Source of the DNA: a virus
DNA length: 64,000 nt
Reading direction: 5' to 3' (one strand)
Virus record (IMG/VR): IMGVR_UViG_3300048014_000057
Location: 80,860 to 144,859 of that record
How positions within the stretch are numbered: position 1 is the stretch's first letter; the number at the start of each line of letters is the position of its first letter. Below, in pieces: positions 48,401-58,155 of the stretch. Under the pieces are notes generated by a model that was not told where the DNA came from, searched no databases, and saw nothing but the letters and a program-made list of their open reading frames with translations. The translations under genes and the position numbers were made by a program.

Positions 48401-51400
48401 AATACAGATAAACCAGAATAATATGTAGCTTGTTGAATTTGTTGTGCCAAAACACCAATATCCTGCATGGTATATCTTCTATTGGTATTATAGACTAATG
48501 AAGAAGTTGGATTTCCATTAGATTTATTAGAGTCTACAATATCTACAGTCAAAGTAGGATAAGGTGGAATATAAACAGTTGCAAGAGTCATTCCTGATTG
48601 AATTTGACCGGCTGGTGCTGGATTTTCAGAAGGAACACCAGAATTAACAACAATTGTTCCTTGTGGAGAAAGTCCCACAACATCATATCTTCCTACATAA
48701 TATTGAAGAGAAGATTCAAATTCTGCTCCGTTAATAGGAACAAATAAATTAGAAGATGAAAATGAAATTGTATTAGAAGGATTAACAATAGAAGTATTTG
48801 AAATTGCCAAAGTGACATTGGAAATATAAGGAATTGTGTTAGAAGCCGAAAATCTAAAATCTACGGAATTTCTTAAATTATAAATTATACCAGAAGACAC
48901 AGAACCATAAGTTTGAATATCCTGTGTAAAAATTGAATTAGAAGTGACTCCGGTATCATCAACAGGATAAGAATCTACAGAATAAAAACCTGCCCCCGAG
49001 GAAATATTTTTTTGATAGGCTTCTATTTGAACCAATAAAACTTCTGTATTTGAAAGAGAAGCACCATTGGAAGAAAGATATGATAAACCATAAAATTGAT
49101 CATTTTGGTTATTATTAAGAGTAAATTGTGAAGTTATTGATTGATTTGTATTTGAATAAGTTGTTCCTACCCAAACATTTGCAACAGAAAATACATCTGG
49201 AATTCCTAAAGACCATGGTCCTTTTGTTCCATTAATATTATTAGATAAATTAATTGTTACATAAACAGAAGTTTGAAGTTGTTTAGTGGCAGGAGAAGCA
49301 ACTACTCTTTGAATTGGATAAAGGACTGTTCCATTAAAAGATGAAGAAAAATTTTCATTAAGAGAAATTGTAAATGAAGTAGAATTTGCTATATTAATTT
49401 TTGTATTAGCAAGAGAAGTAGGAATTTGCATACCAGCAAGATATTGAATAGAAATATTTGCACCAGCACCAGACCATGAATTATTAGCGTTTCTCGTAAG
49501 AGCAAGAGTTGTATTATTAGAAATTGAAGCAACTTGCTTTATTTCAGATACAGTAGAATTTGCAATTAAAATATAACATCCATTATAAAGTGATGTTGTA
49601 AATGTAGTTGAGGTTCCTGTTAAAGTATTTCCAGAAGAAACCACAGAACCAGAAATATTTGCAGTAGTTTGTGAAGATTCAATTGTAATAATAAAATCTT
49701 CCATTTGTTGCTGAGTAAGCGTACCAGAACCAAAAGGTAATTCATTTGTTCCACCAGCATAAGTTGGAATTGTTATAGAAACATTTCCCGTATTTGAAAA
49801 AGATACATTAGTGGATTGAATATATTGAAATTGAGAATCGACTGTATTAGAAGAAGTTTTGAGAGTTTTAATTGCTCCTTGATTAAATGAATAAACCAGA
49901 GTAGCTGTATTTGAATCTTGAAGAGAAAATGTATTGGCAGAATTAAAAGTAACATCTGCAAATCCTAAACTTCCACCTGAATTTGCAAATAATGATTTTA
50001 CATTGGCAAAAGAATATCCAGAAGACATTTGAATATTAAAAAGATATAAATCATAAACACAATTAGCAAATCCTTCTGTACCATTATCATATTCTACTCC
50101 AAGAATATTTGCAGTACCTATTTGTGTTCCTGGTGCAGTAATAGAATTAGTAGGAATACCAATAGAAAGATTATTAGAAATTGAATAAGCCGGTTGACTT
50201 CTTAAAGAAACTTGTTGTAAAATAGAAGGATTAAAAATACCAGAAAATTCTTGAACTTGAAGATAATTACCAAGTTGTGTTGTTACAATCTGAGATGGAG
50301 CATTTAAAATTGTATTACCTTTGGGAAGTACGCCTAAAAGTTTTCCAAGAATTTGTACTCTGTAACCTTGTACATAAGCAAGACCCGAATCTATTTCTAG
50401 TCTAATATTATTTGTATCAATTGAACCATTGGAAGTGACATTTTGTAATGTTCTAACATTAAATGGGTTAATGACGAAATTTCCATTAGTCTCATAGGAA
50501 TATTCTGCCATTTTATCACCAATAATAGAATATGTAGTATCCTGATTAACTATAGAAGGAGAACCAGCAACAAAATCAACAATAGAAAAGAAATCATTAG
50601 AAGAAGTAGAACTTGTTTGTCTTAAAACAAGAGTAGGAATAATTTTTAATCTATCTGCACCAGGAGCGGCATAATTTAGTGAACCTTGAGAATTATCCAA
50701 AAGAGATTGATCTTGAAATGAAGTTACAATAGATTCCATTGACTGAAATCCGACTGAAATATTATTTGGTTGATTTGTATATGGAGTTACAATAATAGAT
50801 TGATTAGCTACTTCTAATAATAACCCTTTTTGAAAAATAGAACCAGAAGAAACAGAAACTCCATAAGATGATCCTGTAGTATTAGAAGAACCAGAAGTAA
50901 TAGTATTTGCTACTTGAACTTGTGCAATAGCGAGATTTGAAGAAGTAACGATATTTAAAATTTCATCATTTTGAAATACCTTAATAGCAGAATTTGTTGT
51001 GGCAGAATTAAGATAAGTAATGAATAAAGTATTAAGATTTGGAGATTGTGAAATATAACCTTGAGAAGTATCACGAATATAAGCTTTAAGACCAGAATTA
51101 GAAAGTGCAATTAGACCCTTAAGAGAAGAAATTGTAAGAGGGGAGCCATTTGCATAAGTATCTGTAAGTTTTACATAGGAAAGATTATTTTTATAAGTTA
51201 TATTACAACCGCTTACAATAGTGCCATTCACGAAAATATTTTCACCAAATGTTTGAATTTGGTTTTGCATAATTGATTGTGTTGTATTAAGTTCGCGTGT
51301 TTGTACAGCCTGAGATGGCTTAAAAAGTACACGATAATATTGATCATTTGCATTAAATGTATCAAAATAAGGAGATTGATTTAAATTTGTATCAAGCTGA

Positions 51401-51411
51401 CCAGTTCCGAT
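45487..51411 (-). CDS. Very large virion structural protein (DUF4815/VrlC-like), extended to a probable ATC start
   Basis: Upstream in-frame LNQSPYFD.F.....YYRVLFKP..AVQTREL...Q.I.QNQI..FG; NYAAPGADRLK; NRRYTMQDI; RFQNGILADPF; PIAQAF. Confidence 0.85.
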   Translation of the reverse strand: MGTGQLDTNLNQSPYFDTFNANDQYYRVLFKPSQAVQTRELNTTQSIMQNQIQTFGENIFVNGTIVSGCNITYKNNLSYVKLTDTYANGSPLTISSLKGLIALSNSGLKAYIRDTSQGYISQSPNLNTLFITYLNSATTNSAIKVFQNDEILNIVTSSNLAIAQVQVANTITSGSSNTTGSSYGVSVSSGSIFQKGLLLEVANQSIIVTPYTNQPNNISVGFQSMESIVTSFQDQSLLDNSQGSLNYAAPGADRLKIIPTLVLRQTSSTSSNDFFSIVDFVAGSPSIVNQDTTYSIIGDKMAEYSYETNGNFVINPFNVRTLQNVTSNGSIDTNNIRLEIDSGLAYVQGYRVQILGKLLGVLPKGNTILNAPSQIVTTQLGNYLQVQEFSGIFNPSILQQVSLRSQPAYSISNNLSIGIPTNSITAPGTQIGTANILGVEYDNGTEGFANCVYDLYLFNIQMSSGYSFANVKSLFANSGGSLGFADVTFNSANTFSLQDSNTATLVYSFNQGAIKTLKTSSNTVDSQFQYIQSTNVSFSNTGNVSITIPTYAGGTNELPFGSGTLTQQQMEDFIITIESSQTTANISGSVVSSGNTLTGTSTTFTTSLYNGCYILIANSTVSEIKQVASISNNTTLALTRNANNSWSGAGANISIQYLAGMQIPTSLANTKINIANSTSFTISLNENFSSSFNGTVLYPIQRVVASPATKQLQTSVYVTINLSNNINGTKGPWSLGIPDVFSVANVWVGTTYSNTNQSITSQFTLNNNQNDQFYGLSYLSSNGASLSNTEVLLVQIEAYQKNISSGAGFYSVDSYPVDDTGVTSNSIFTQDIQTYGSVSSGIIYNLRNSVDFRFSASNTIPYISNVTLAISNTSIVNPSNTISFSSSNLFVPINGAEFESSLQYYVGRYDVVGLSPQGTIVVNSGVPSENPAPAGQIQSGMTLATVYIPPYPTLTVDIVDSNKSNGNPTSSLVYNTNRRYTMQDIGVLAQQIQQATYYSGLSVLEQTAQNLLLTNQSGQTRFQNGILADPFNDFSISNTLDPAFNIAIDGSTSEARPTFTQFNVNLEYSNNLSNNTVVSSDNQLILLDNQQIGPWITQPFASQLRNCAEDILYEWTGTVTLNPSGNWSPDVTVNPAVVVDLNSYSNWVNLANAWGTQWGTWNETASTTTSSSKTTTSGYATTTTTSSSTANTYTQTGTQLSVTPVNSTYSFGDVITDASLQPFCQAQLIKFFATGLKPSTQVYTYFNDKSISQYCKQTDSNYNILNQTNMVTDSTGTIYGYFYLPANTFYTGNINFQIMDISNLVTMSNIITTIASCTYQGTNLAYTQNNLELQTQAAQVALTTVSQSMVTYSNSTSTNTVVTGFDINTLIVQEAALAVTHHEPIAQAFSILSTNLPSNVQGVYITSLDLYFYAVDPNLGVTIQIRDMVNGYPGINIQVGSQIHLIPSQILTSGNASAVTNIVFPEPVFLESGTDYCFVVIPDGANPNYDLWTGVISGTDVLTNAPIYSLSFIGDMFLSSQNSTWTAYQNEAIKFNLYIADFTVTQGIATFTNDDTEYLSIANTSRIFQLGEAVYYSNTVLQTGNISVSNTSTTINGNTTGLAANTKIYLFSNTNNYCMIANVNSNSVGSFVINTVPIFTDNNCSMGILTSNGGLTGLIKSVNNTILTVQNSTSNSSVYLSTNNGLIIGSLSGASATITTLNDIPYDTIMPKFATSIPSVTTLNFSMLGVSNSYNSYISDINQTYLTFGKSTDFIDKERVVMSKSNEMKYNSGNKSLFVYGNMTTNSYYLSPAINIVKSAVVCIQNLINGEDSNNDVFLSEITNSGNAINKYISQTVTLVSGMDAEDMTVYVGAYYPPNTSIYCYAKIQNQYDSDPFINKSWTPMYTTNITRSSKINNQDFNQYIFNFANSLPSGNSYLNTAYLNSNGMVQYTSNSGALFVGYDTFAIKLVLLSNAGSYLVPLLTDYVAISTLT

Positions 51412-51452
51412 TTTCTTATTCCTTATATTTTTTTATTATTTATTGTATTTAT

Positions 51453-52046
51453 TTATATATTTGAAGGAATAACATCCATATGATGTTCAAAAACAGTACT
51501 TCCATCATCAAGTTTATGTTCTTGGGTAAATTTATATTTCATTTTAGTATCTCGTGGTAATATAAATTCTTTTTCAGAACCATTATAAGAATGATGATCA
51601 ACATAAGCCCCAGGATGACCTTTTGGAACATGAATTTTTAAAACATGCCCACTAAAATCTTTTGCTATTTTCTTAGAAAGAGAAGTTGAAAGATATGCAG
51701 GGTGATTTACAATTTTTTCCTTGTTCATTGCTTCTCTTGGATCATGTGGAGTGCCAGAAAAAAGAGTTAATTTATGTGGTGTTCTATGTCTATCTAAAAT
51801 ATCATCCATTTCAGAAGTTCTTTCTTCTGATTCTTTATGATAAGCATTTTTATATCCATTTTCCTTTTTCTTCCATTGATAAGCATTTAATCTAGATGAA
51901 TCTTTTGTATAATCTTTAATGGGTTTTATATCCTCATCATTAAATTTATAATGATTTGATAATTTATTATGAAGATGTACAAGAGCTCTTTCTTCGTTAT
52001 TTGTTTTATTAAAATTTGATTCTAAAATAATTCTTAAATTTTTCAT
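51453..52046 (-). CDS. ADP-ribosyltransferase (VIP2/Alt-like)
   Basis: YT..S..LN, AYLSTS, G.PGAYV, EKEFILPR. Confidence 0.8.
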   Translation of the reverse strand: MKNLRIILESNFNKTNNEERALVHLHNKLSNHYKFNDEDIKPIKDYTKDSSRLNAYQWKKKENGYKNAYHKESEERTSEMDDILDRHRTPHKLTLFSGTPHDPREAMNKEKIVNHPAYLSTSLSKKIAKDFSGHVLKIHVPKGHPGAYVDHHSYNGSEKEFILPRDTKMKYKFTQEHKLDDGSTVFEHHMDVIPSNI

Positions 52047-55000
52047 AATTGTATCGTAATGTTAAAAGTGGATTTTGTATTAGGTGAAATAATAAATGGT
52101 GAAACATAATTTAAGTATAAAACTTCTCCTGTATTACGTATTAAATCTGGATATGTGACTGTATTAGCAATTTGAATTAAACCAATTGCACCTGAAGTAT
52201 TACCTGTTAATTCATATGATCCTACCTGAAAAGGAAATTCATTAAGAAGATCAGAAACAACAATTACTGGAATAACAGAACTTATAGAACCATTAGCAGT
52301 AATAGTAGATATTTTATCATAATTATTAAAAATTCCATTAGCAGCAGTCATTTTTATATAAGAAGAATTAGCAAATGTTATAATACCTGTTGCGGAAGTA
52401 TTTGAATCTGTTAAAATTATACCAGTTGTTATAGTTCCAAAATTAGGAGTATAAATTAAATCTATTTCATTAGAAGTATTAATAATTAAACCAGAAGCAT
52501 TAGTAGTTGCCTGAGTTACATATTCTCCGATTTGAAATGATCCTACATTAGAAGAAATTGTAAGACGAGAAGTTTGATTAAATTTTGTTCCATATGTAAT
52601 AGAAGAATTTACAGTATCATTAGAAGAATAAATTGATAATAAATTTGCATAGGAATTAACTGTTGGATCATATATAATAGTATTTAATTCATTGGATATT
52701 TTTCCAGAAATATTTGTCATTCTTATTTGATTATTAGATAATACTTGTGTAAGAAGTCCAATAGGATTATTTCCAGAATATATATATTGAGTATTAGAAG
52801 TTAGATTGAACGATTTTGAATAATAATTTAATAAATTAGCTGTTGTATTTGATTTTAAACCAATAATTAAACAATTTGCAAGATTATTTGAGGTATTAGA
52901 AACAAAAGAACCATTAATATTATCTAATTCAAGATATGAAGAATTAGCATATTTTATTAAGGCGGCTGAATTCGTTGAAGGTTGATATATAATTTCATTA
53001 TTAACAAAATTATTAGAAGAAAGAGAAATATTAGCTGCATATCTATGTACATTATCAGTATTTAAATATACATCATTATAAAAAGGATTTTTAATAATGC
53101 CAACTTTTCTATAGGAGCCATAATTAGGAAAATAATAATTTTCATTTGATGCTGTATCAATAGTTACAGAAATTCCTGCATATTTAGCACCTAATTCAGA
53201 ATAACAATTAGAACCATGTCCATGAGTCGGAGATAAAACAGAATAAAGATTTGCTCCCGAACCATAAAGAGGATTTCCAGATATATAAGTATTGGAAATT
53301 GTATATTCTGTTCCTGTATTAATCATGACAATTTTAGAAATAGGATAATTTGCACCTATAGAAGTATTAACTATAGAATATGCCATTGCCCCATACCCAT
53401 CACCAGAAAAATTTACTGTAGGAGAAACAATATATTGTGTTAGTGAAGAAGGAGAATAAGAAGAAGATAATAAAACTGCATTTCCAGAAGGTAATCCATT
53501 GGCATAATAAGAATAAATATAAGAACCAGAAATAAATGTACCAGAAGTATTTGATAATGTTATATTTGGGTATGAAGAAATATTTAGAATTTGTGCATTT
53601 AAAGTTGATGATTGTCCTACTAAATTAAAACCAGTAGAAATTGTTCCATTTATAGAAGAAAGAATTAAAGTTGTGGAATTTGCATAGGAAATTACAGCAT
53701 TAGAAGATTGATCAACTCCATTTGCATTATATTCTTTAACTGTTTCTCCTAAAATAAATGAAATAGAGTTTGAAGAAACATTCCCAAAATTAACAATCAT
53801 TGAAGTTAAATTAACTTGACTTATAATACCAGAAGAAATTCCTTCAGTAGAAGAAATAGGTTCAAAAGCATTAGGAACCAAATAATGAACATTAGAAATT
53901 AAAGTATTATTAAAAGGAACAGAAACATTTGCATAGGAAGAATTTGTAATAGATGTTATTCTTCTTATATTAGCAGAAGTATTTGATCCAACTCTTATAT
54001 AGTTATTAACCGAATATGTAAGTAAATTAGCTCCCGCCCCACCAATAATAACATTGGAAGAAGTATTTACAGTAACAACTCCTGATTGTAAAGTTCCAAG
54101 AGAATTGGTATCAATTATAGGATATGCACCAGAAACGACACTTATATTTGAATTTGTAACTTGATTTATTCCAATAACAGAAGTATTAACTGAAGAAATA
54201 TATCCCCCGAAACCAGAATCAGATTGAATCATATAATCATTTACATTAAAATAACCTTGTGAATAAACATAACTTATTTCATCTATAAATTGATCTACAC
54301 TTTCTCCAAGAATAAATGATCCCTGAGTATTTCCTAAATATAAATTAACATAAGTATTAAAAGAAGGCGAAACAGAAACAACTTGTGTTCCTCCGTTATA
54401 GGCTGTAATTGTTCTTAATTGATTTGCTCCTAAACCACCATTGAGATAAATCGAACAACCAGTATAAAAATTATTAATATTAGAAGCTGTATTTCCTAAT
54501 TTTAATGTATTTTGATTGATTATATTTCCTAGATAATTTTGATCAAATGTTTGATAACCAGAACCACCTGTGATAACTCTGGTAATATCGATAGTTCCTG
54601 GTATAGAATTATTGGAAACATAAGTATTAGGAACAACAGGAATGAAGTTAGATGAAGTAAAAAGAGTATTGGCATTAGTAGAAATTGTATAAAGAAATTT
54701 CCAAGTATAACCATCGGAAGTCTGAAATGTACCTGATGTTGGTGTAATTAATGGTTGAATAAGAGAAGGAGAACCATTATTATTATCAATGCATTTATAA
54801 ACAGAATATTGATTATTTAAAACATAAAAAGAAGAAGAAAATAAATTAGCATTATTAGGATCATATTGTGTATAAATTGTATTAGAAGTATAATTATATC
54901 TTGGAATTAAATAGGAAATATTTGAATTAGAAATTAATTTACCAAAAACTATAGAATGAAAAATATCCTGATCAAAATCTTCGAAATCATTTAAAGGAGA

Positions 55001-55135
55001 TGGTGGAACAGAATCAATAGGCCATGGTAAAGTACCACCTACAAAAAAGTAATAAGAAGAATTAGAAGAATTTATATCTTCTAAAAAATTATTAATATTA
55101 TTTACATTAAAATTTTCTGTTAGTGTAGCAGTCAA
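52043..55135 (-). CDS. gp8: Baseplate wedge subunit (gp8-like, enlarged)
   Basis: YYFFVG...W, IPRYN, FYV.N.QY.VYKCIDN, DGYTWKFLY, GHGS...ELGA, YRKVGIIKNP, GEVLY. Confidence 0.8.
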   Translation of the reverse strand: MTATLTENFNVNNINNFLEDINSSNSSYYFFVGGTLPWPIDSVPPSPLNDFEDFDQDIFHSIVFGKLISNSNISYLIPRYNYTSNTIYTQYDPNNANLFSSSFYVLNNQYSVYKCIDNNNGSPSLIQPLITPTSGTFQTSDGYTWKFLYTISTNANTLFTSSNFIPVVPNTYVSNNSIPGTIDITRVITGGSGYQTFDQNYLGNIINQNTLKLGNTASNINNFYTGCSIYLNGGLGANQLRTITAYNGGTQVVSVSPSFNTYVNLYLGNTQGSFILGESVDQFIDEISYVYSQGYFNVNDYMIQSDSGFGGYISSVNTSVIGINQVTNSNISVVSGAYPIIDTNSLGTLQSGVVTVNTSSNVIIGGAGANLLTYSVNNYIRVGSNTSANIRRITSITNSSYANVSVPFNNTLISNVHYLVPNAFEPISSTEGISSGIISQVNLTSMIVNFGNVSSNSISFILGETVKEYNANGVDQSSNAVISYANSTTLILSSINGTISTGFNLVGQSSTLNAQILNISSYPNITLSNTSGTFISGSYIYSYYANGLPSGNAVLLSSSYSPSSLTQYIVSPTVNFSGDGYGAMAYSIVNTSIGANYPISKIVMINTGTEYTISNTYISGNPLYGSGANLYSVLSPTHGHGSNCYSELGAKYAGISVTIDTASNENYYFPNYGSYRKVGIIKNPFYNDVYLNTDNVHRYAANISLSSNNFVNNEIIYQPSTNSAALIKYANSSYLELDNINGSFVSNTSNNLANCLIIGLKSNTTANLLNYYSKSFNLTSNTQYIYSGNNPIGLLTQVLSNNQIRMTNISGKISNELNTIIYDPTVNSYANLLSIYSSNDTVNSSITYGTKFNQTSRLTISSNVGSFQIGEYVTQATTNASGLIINTSNEIDLIYTPNFGTITTGIILTDSNTSATGIITFANSSYIKMTAANGIFNNYDKISTITANGSISSVIPVIVVSDLLNEFPFQVGSYELTGNTSGAIGLIQIANTVTYPDLIRNTGEVLYLNYVSPFIISPNTKSTFNITIQL

Positions 55136-55155
55136 AATAATTCCTTTTATTTTGA

Positions 55156-55338
55156 TTATTTATTAGAAAAGAATGGATTTAATATATTTTCCTTATCTAA
55201 TTCATAATGTCTAATTAATTCATACCTTTTACCATTCCAAGAAAAAATTTCTCTCATTTTTATTTTTTCTTTAATTTCGCCAGTCTCAGAATCAAAATAA
55301 ATTAAATCATATATTTTATTAATATCAGTTTTCGTCAT
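55156..55338 (-). CDS. Hypothetical protein
   Basis: Internal ATG of track ORF 55156-55380; fills the gap. Confidence 0.4.
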   Translation of the reverse strand: MTKTDINKIYDLIYFDSETGEIKEKIKMREIFSWNGKRYELIRHYELDKENILNPFFSNK

Positions 55339-56062
55339 GTGGTAAAACTTCCATATGATGAATATGTTGATGAATATCACGATGAGAATTTGGAAATATT
55401 TTTGTTTCTGTTCTTAAATATCTCATCTTAGTATTTCGAGGAAGAAGAAATTCTCTTTCATTAGTCATGCCTAAACCTGCATGTGCGACATAGACACCAG
55501 AATGACCTTCAGGAACATGAATTTTTAAAAGATGTTGATGTTCAATGTTATTATCTAAATCAAGAACTTTATTTCTTCTTGCAAACTCTCCACCTTTTCC
55601 TTTTTTAATAGAAGTTGAAAGATATGCAGGATGATTTACAATATTATCCTTATCTTTTACTTGTCTAGGATCATGTCGAGTGCCAGAATAAACTACTAAT
55701 TTATGTGGAGTTTTTTCTTTGTTTAAAATATTATCTAAATTTCTAGTTTCGGTTTCATAATTAGAATTAGTTTTATCATTTTTCCAATGATAATTATTAA
55801 TAGGTCTTGAATTATGCATATAAGAATCAATAGCATATATTTCACCTTCTGAAGAATTATCAAAAACTTTTTTATAATGTTTTCCAAGAGAATCAGATAA
55901 ATCACTAATTTTATTTTCTTGTTTTAAACCTTCCATTATATTTTCTGAGACTGTTTCAAAATCTGTATCTCCATCGGTAACAACTGTATCATGATCAGGA
56001 GAATAACCAGAATTAGAAGAATTTATATCTTTTTTCTTAATTATTTGTCTTAATTTTTTCAT
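55325..56062 (-). CDS. ADP-ribosyltransferase (VIP2/Alt-like), paralogue of 51453-52046
   Basis: TPHKL.VYSG..HDPR, VNHPAYLSTS, LKIHVP.GH.G.YV, EREFLLPR.TKM.Y shared by both genes. Confidence 0.8.
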   Translation of the reverse strand: MKKLRQIIKKKDINSSNSGYSPDHDTVVTDGDTDFETVSENIMEGLKQENKISDLSDSLGKHYKKVFDNSSEGEIYAIDSYMHNSRPINNYHWKNDKTNSNYETETRNLDNILNKEKTPHKLVVYSGTRHDPRQVKDKDNIVNHPAYLSTSIKKGKGGEFARRNKVLDLDNNIEHQHLLKIHVPEGHSGVYVAHAGLGMTNEREFLLPRNTKMRYLRTETKIFPNSHRDIHQHIHHMEVLPHDEN

Positions 56063-56088
56063 TTATTATTTCCTTTTATTATTTTATT

Positions 56089-58152
56089 TTAAAATCCTAA
56101 ATAAAAATAGCTTGGAATGTATGTTACATTACTTTGTGTTATTGTTGTATTTAATAAAAATGTATTAGAATTTTGAATATCATTTAAAGTAAATCTTCCA
56201 AACATTTTCATTTGAATAGGATGAACTATATCATAGACAAATTTTTGATAAGTTGATAAGATTTTAGGTGCAAGAATTTCATAGGAAAATGTTTGATAAT
56301 AATAAGAATCTTGAAGATAAATTTCATCGGATAAAAATGATTGATTATTTATCCAATATCCTTGTGTAATACCAGTACCATCAACAATAGCACTTCCTTC
56401 TGCATAAATTTGTCCATTACCATAAATTGATAAAGGTTCGCCAGGACTAAATCCATAACCCGATTCTATGACTTGAAGAGAAGTTATAATACCAGATTCA
56501 TTGTTAGCAACAGCAGAAACGTTTGCATCTCCGCCCCAATAACCTCCCATTCCATCTGATATTTGTAATTGATATATTTCTGATTCTATAATCGAAACAG
56601 TTGCATTAGAAGAATAATTTTCCCCTGGATTTTCCCCTGTTATCGAGGAAATTGTACCAACTATCAAGGATTGAAATTCTAGAACCTGATTTATAGGGAT
56701 ATCAAGATTTCCGTTATTAGACATTGGAAATCCCCAATTGGTATTTCTTATTGTAGAATTTAAATATCCATTGGCAGAAGAAGTTTGCCCATATATAATA
56801 GAAGTTGGAAGAAAATAACCAGTTGCGTTAGTTACTTTTAAAGTAGTAGAATTTGCAAATGTGGTTGTTCCATTAGCAATATATTGACATTTAGGTAAAA
56901 CTGTATTAATATAAATTATATTATTGGAAACAGAACCTTTTAATAAAATACCAGAAACAAGATTAGCATTATTGAGAGAAGATTCAGGACCAGTTAAATT
57001 AACAAAAGAAGGATTGTCTATTTCTATAATTTGAAGATTAGAAATTCCAAGTGAAGTATTAGATAAAAATTCTAGATTAGAAAGTGAATTACCAGAAATA
57101 TAGGCAAAATCTAAAATAATACCATTGGCAGAAGAATTTATAACTTCCGAATTGGAAAATGTTCCATATGTATTAGAAATATTAAGAGTAAATTGATTAG
57201 GAAGAGTATAATTATCCAATAAAGTATTATAATAAAGATTTATTTCATCATTATTAATAGAAAAAACTTTTTGATTTGTTAGAGAACCAATACTAAATGT
57301 TGCTCCACTTCCTCCACCACCAGTAACTTGTACTTGTGCATTTTTAGTAAATCCAAAACCACCATTAACAAGAGTAAATATTATTTTTCCATTTTGAGAA
57401 GTAACAGAGGAAACTCTACCCAATCCAGAAGCACTAGAACCAGAAATATTAACAATATCACCAAGATTAAATTGTGCTCCACCATCTGTTATAGAAATTG
57501 CCGAAAGAGAACCAATAATTATAGGAGCATTGGAAGTTGTTAAGGAAGGTAAATTTGAAGAAAGTAAAAAATCACCATATTTAAAAGAACCACTTATATT
57601 AGAAAGAATAAGAACATTAATAAGTTTATTATTAACTGTTATAATATTGTAGTCTTCTACAAGAGCCGATGCAAGACTTGAAGAAGAATAGACCTTTAAA
57701 CCTACTAATTGAAAAAGTAAAGAAGAATTTGTTACTTCTATATAACCTTTTCTAACCCATGTATTATTAGAAGGTCTAAGAATATGTTGACCAGGATAGT
57801 AAAAATTTATATCTTCATTAAATAAAATTCTAAATAAAAGTTCATATCCTCTTTCGGTTCCTACACTTCTATAAAGGTCTTGAATATGTTTAATTAAAAG
57901 ACGAGGATTAACAAGAACATCCGAAGGTAAATTTCCTAAATATTGATTTTTAAAATATTGAAGAAAAGATTCATCACAAGTATCAATATCATGATTTTTT
58001 AAAAAATTTCTTGAATTATAAATTATATTATTAGATTGTTCTAAATATTGATAATAAGTTTTAACAAATGAAACAAAATTATTTCCAGTTCCTCCTTGGT
58101 AAAAAGATGGAAATTGAGAAGGTATATAAATATTTGTTAAAATATCTGTCAT
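56089..58152 (-). CDS. Baseplate wedge protein (gp7-like)
   Basis: QFP.FY...FV.FVK.YY.YLE, IK.I.DLYRS.GT..GY.LLFRILF, LQDSYYYQ.FSY, VHP. Confidence 0.8.
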   Translation of the reverse strand: MTDILTNIYIPSQFPSFYQGGTGNNFVSFVKTYYQYLEQSNNIIYNSRNFLKNHDIDTCDESFLQYFKNQYLGNLPSDVLVNPRLLIKHIQDLYRSVGTERGYELLFRILFNEDINFYYPGQHILRPSNNTWVRKGYIEVTNSSLLFQLVGLKVYSSSSLASALVEDYNIITVNNKLINVLILSNISGSFKYGDFLLSSNLPSLTTSNAPIIIGSLSAISITDGGAQFNLGDIVNISGSSASGLGRVSSVTSQNGKIIFTLVNGGFGFTKNAQVQVTGGGGSGATFSIGSLTNQKVFSINNDEINLYYNTLLDNYTLPNQFTLNISNTYGTFSNSEVINSSANGIILDFAYISGNSLSNLEFLSNTSLGISNLQIIEIDNPSFVNLTGPESSLNNANLVSGILLKGSVSNNIIYINTVLPKCQYIANGTTTFANSTTLKVTNATGYFLPTSIIYGQTSSANGYLNSTIRNTNWGFPMSNNGNLDIPINQVLEFQSLIVGTISSITGENPGENYSSNATVSIIESEIYQLQISDGMGGYWGGDANVSAVANNESGIITSLQVIESGYGFSPGEPLSIYGNGQIYAEGSAIVDGTGITQGYWINNQSFLSDEIYLQDSYYYQTFSYEILAPKILSTYQKFVYDIVHPIQMKMFGRFTLNDIQNSNTFLLNTTITQSNVTYIPSYFYLGF

Positions 58153-58155
58153 TTT

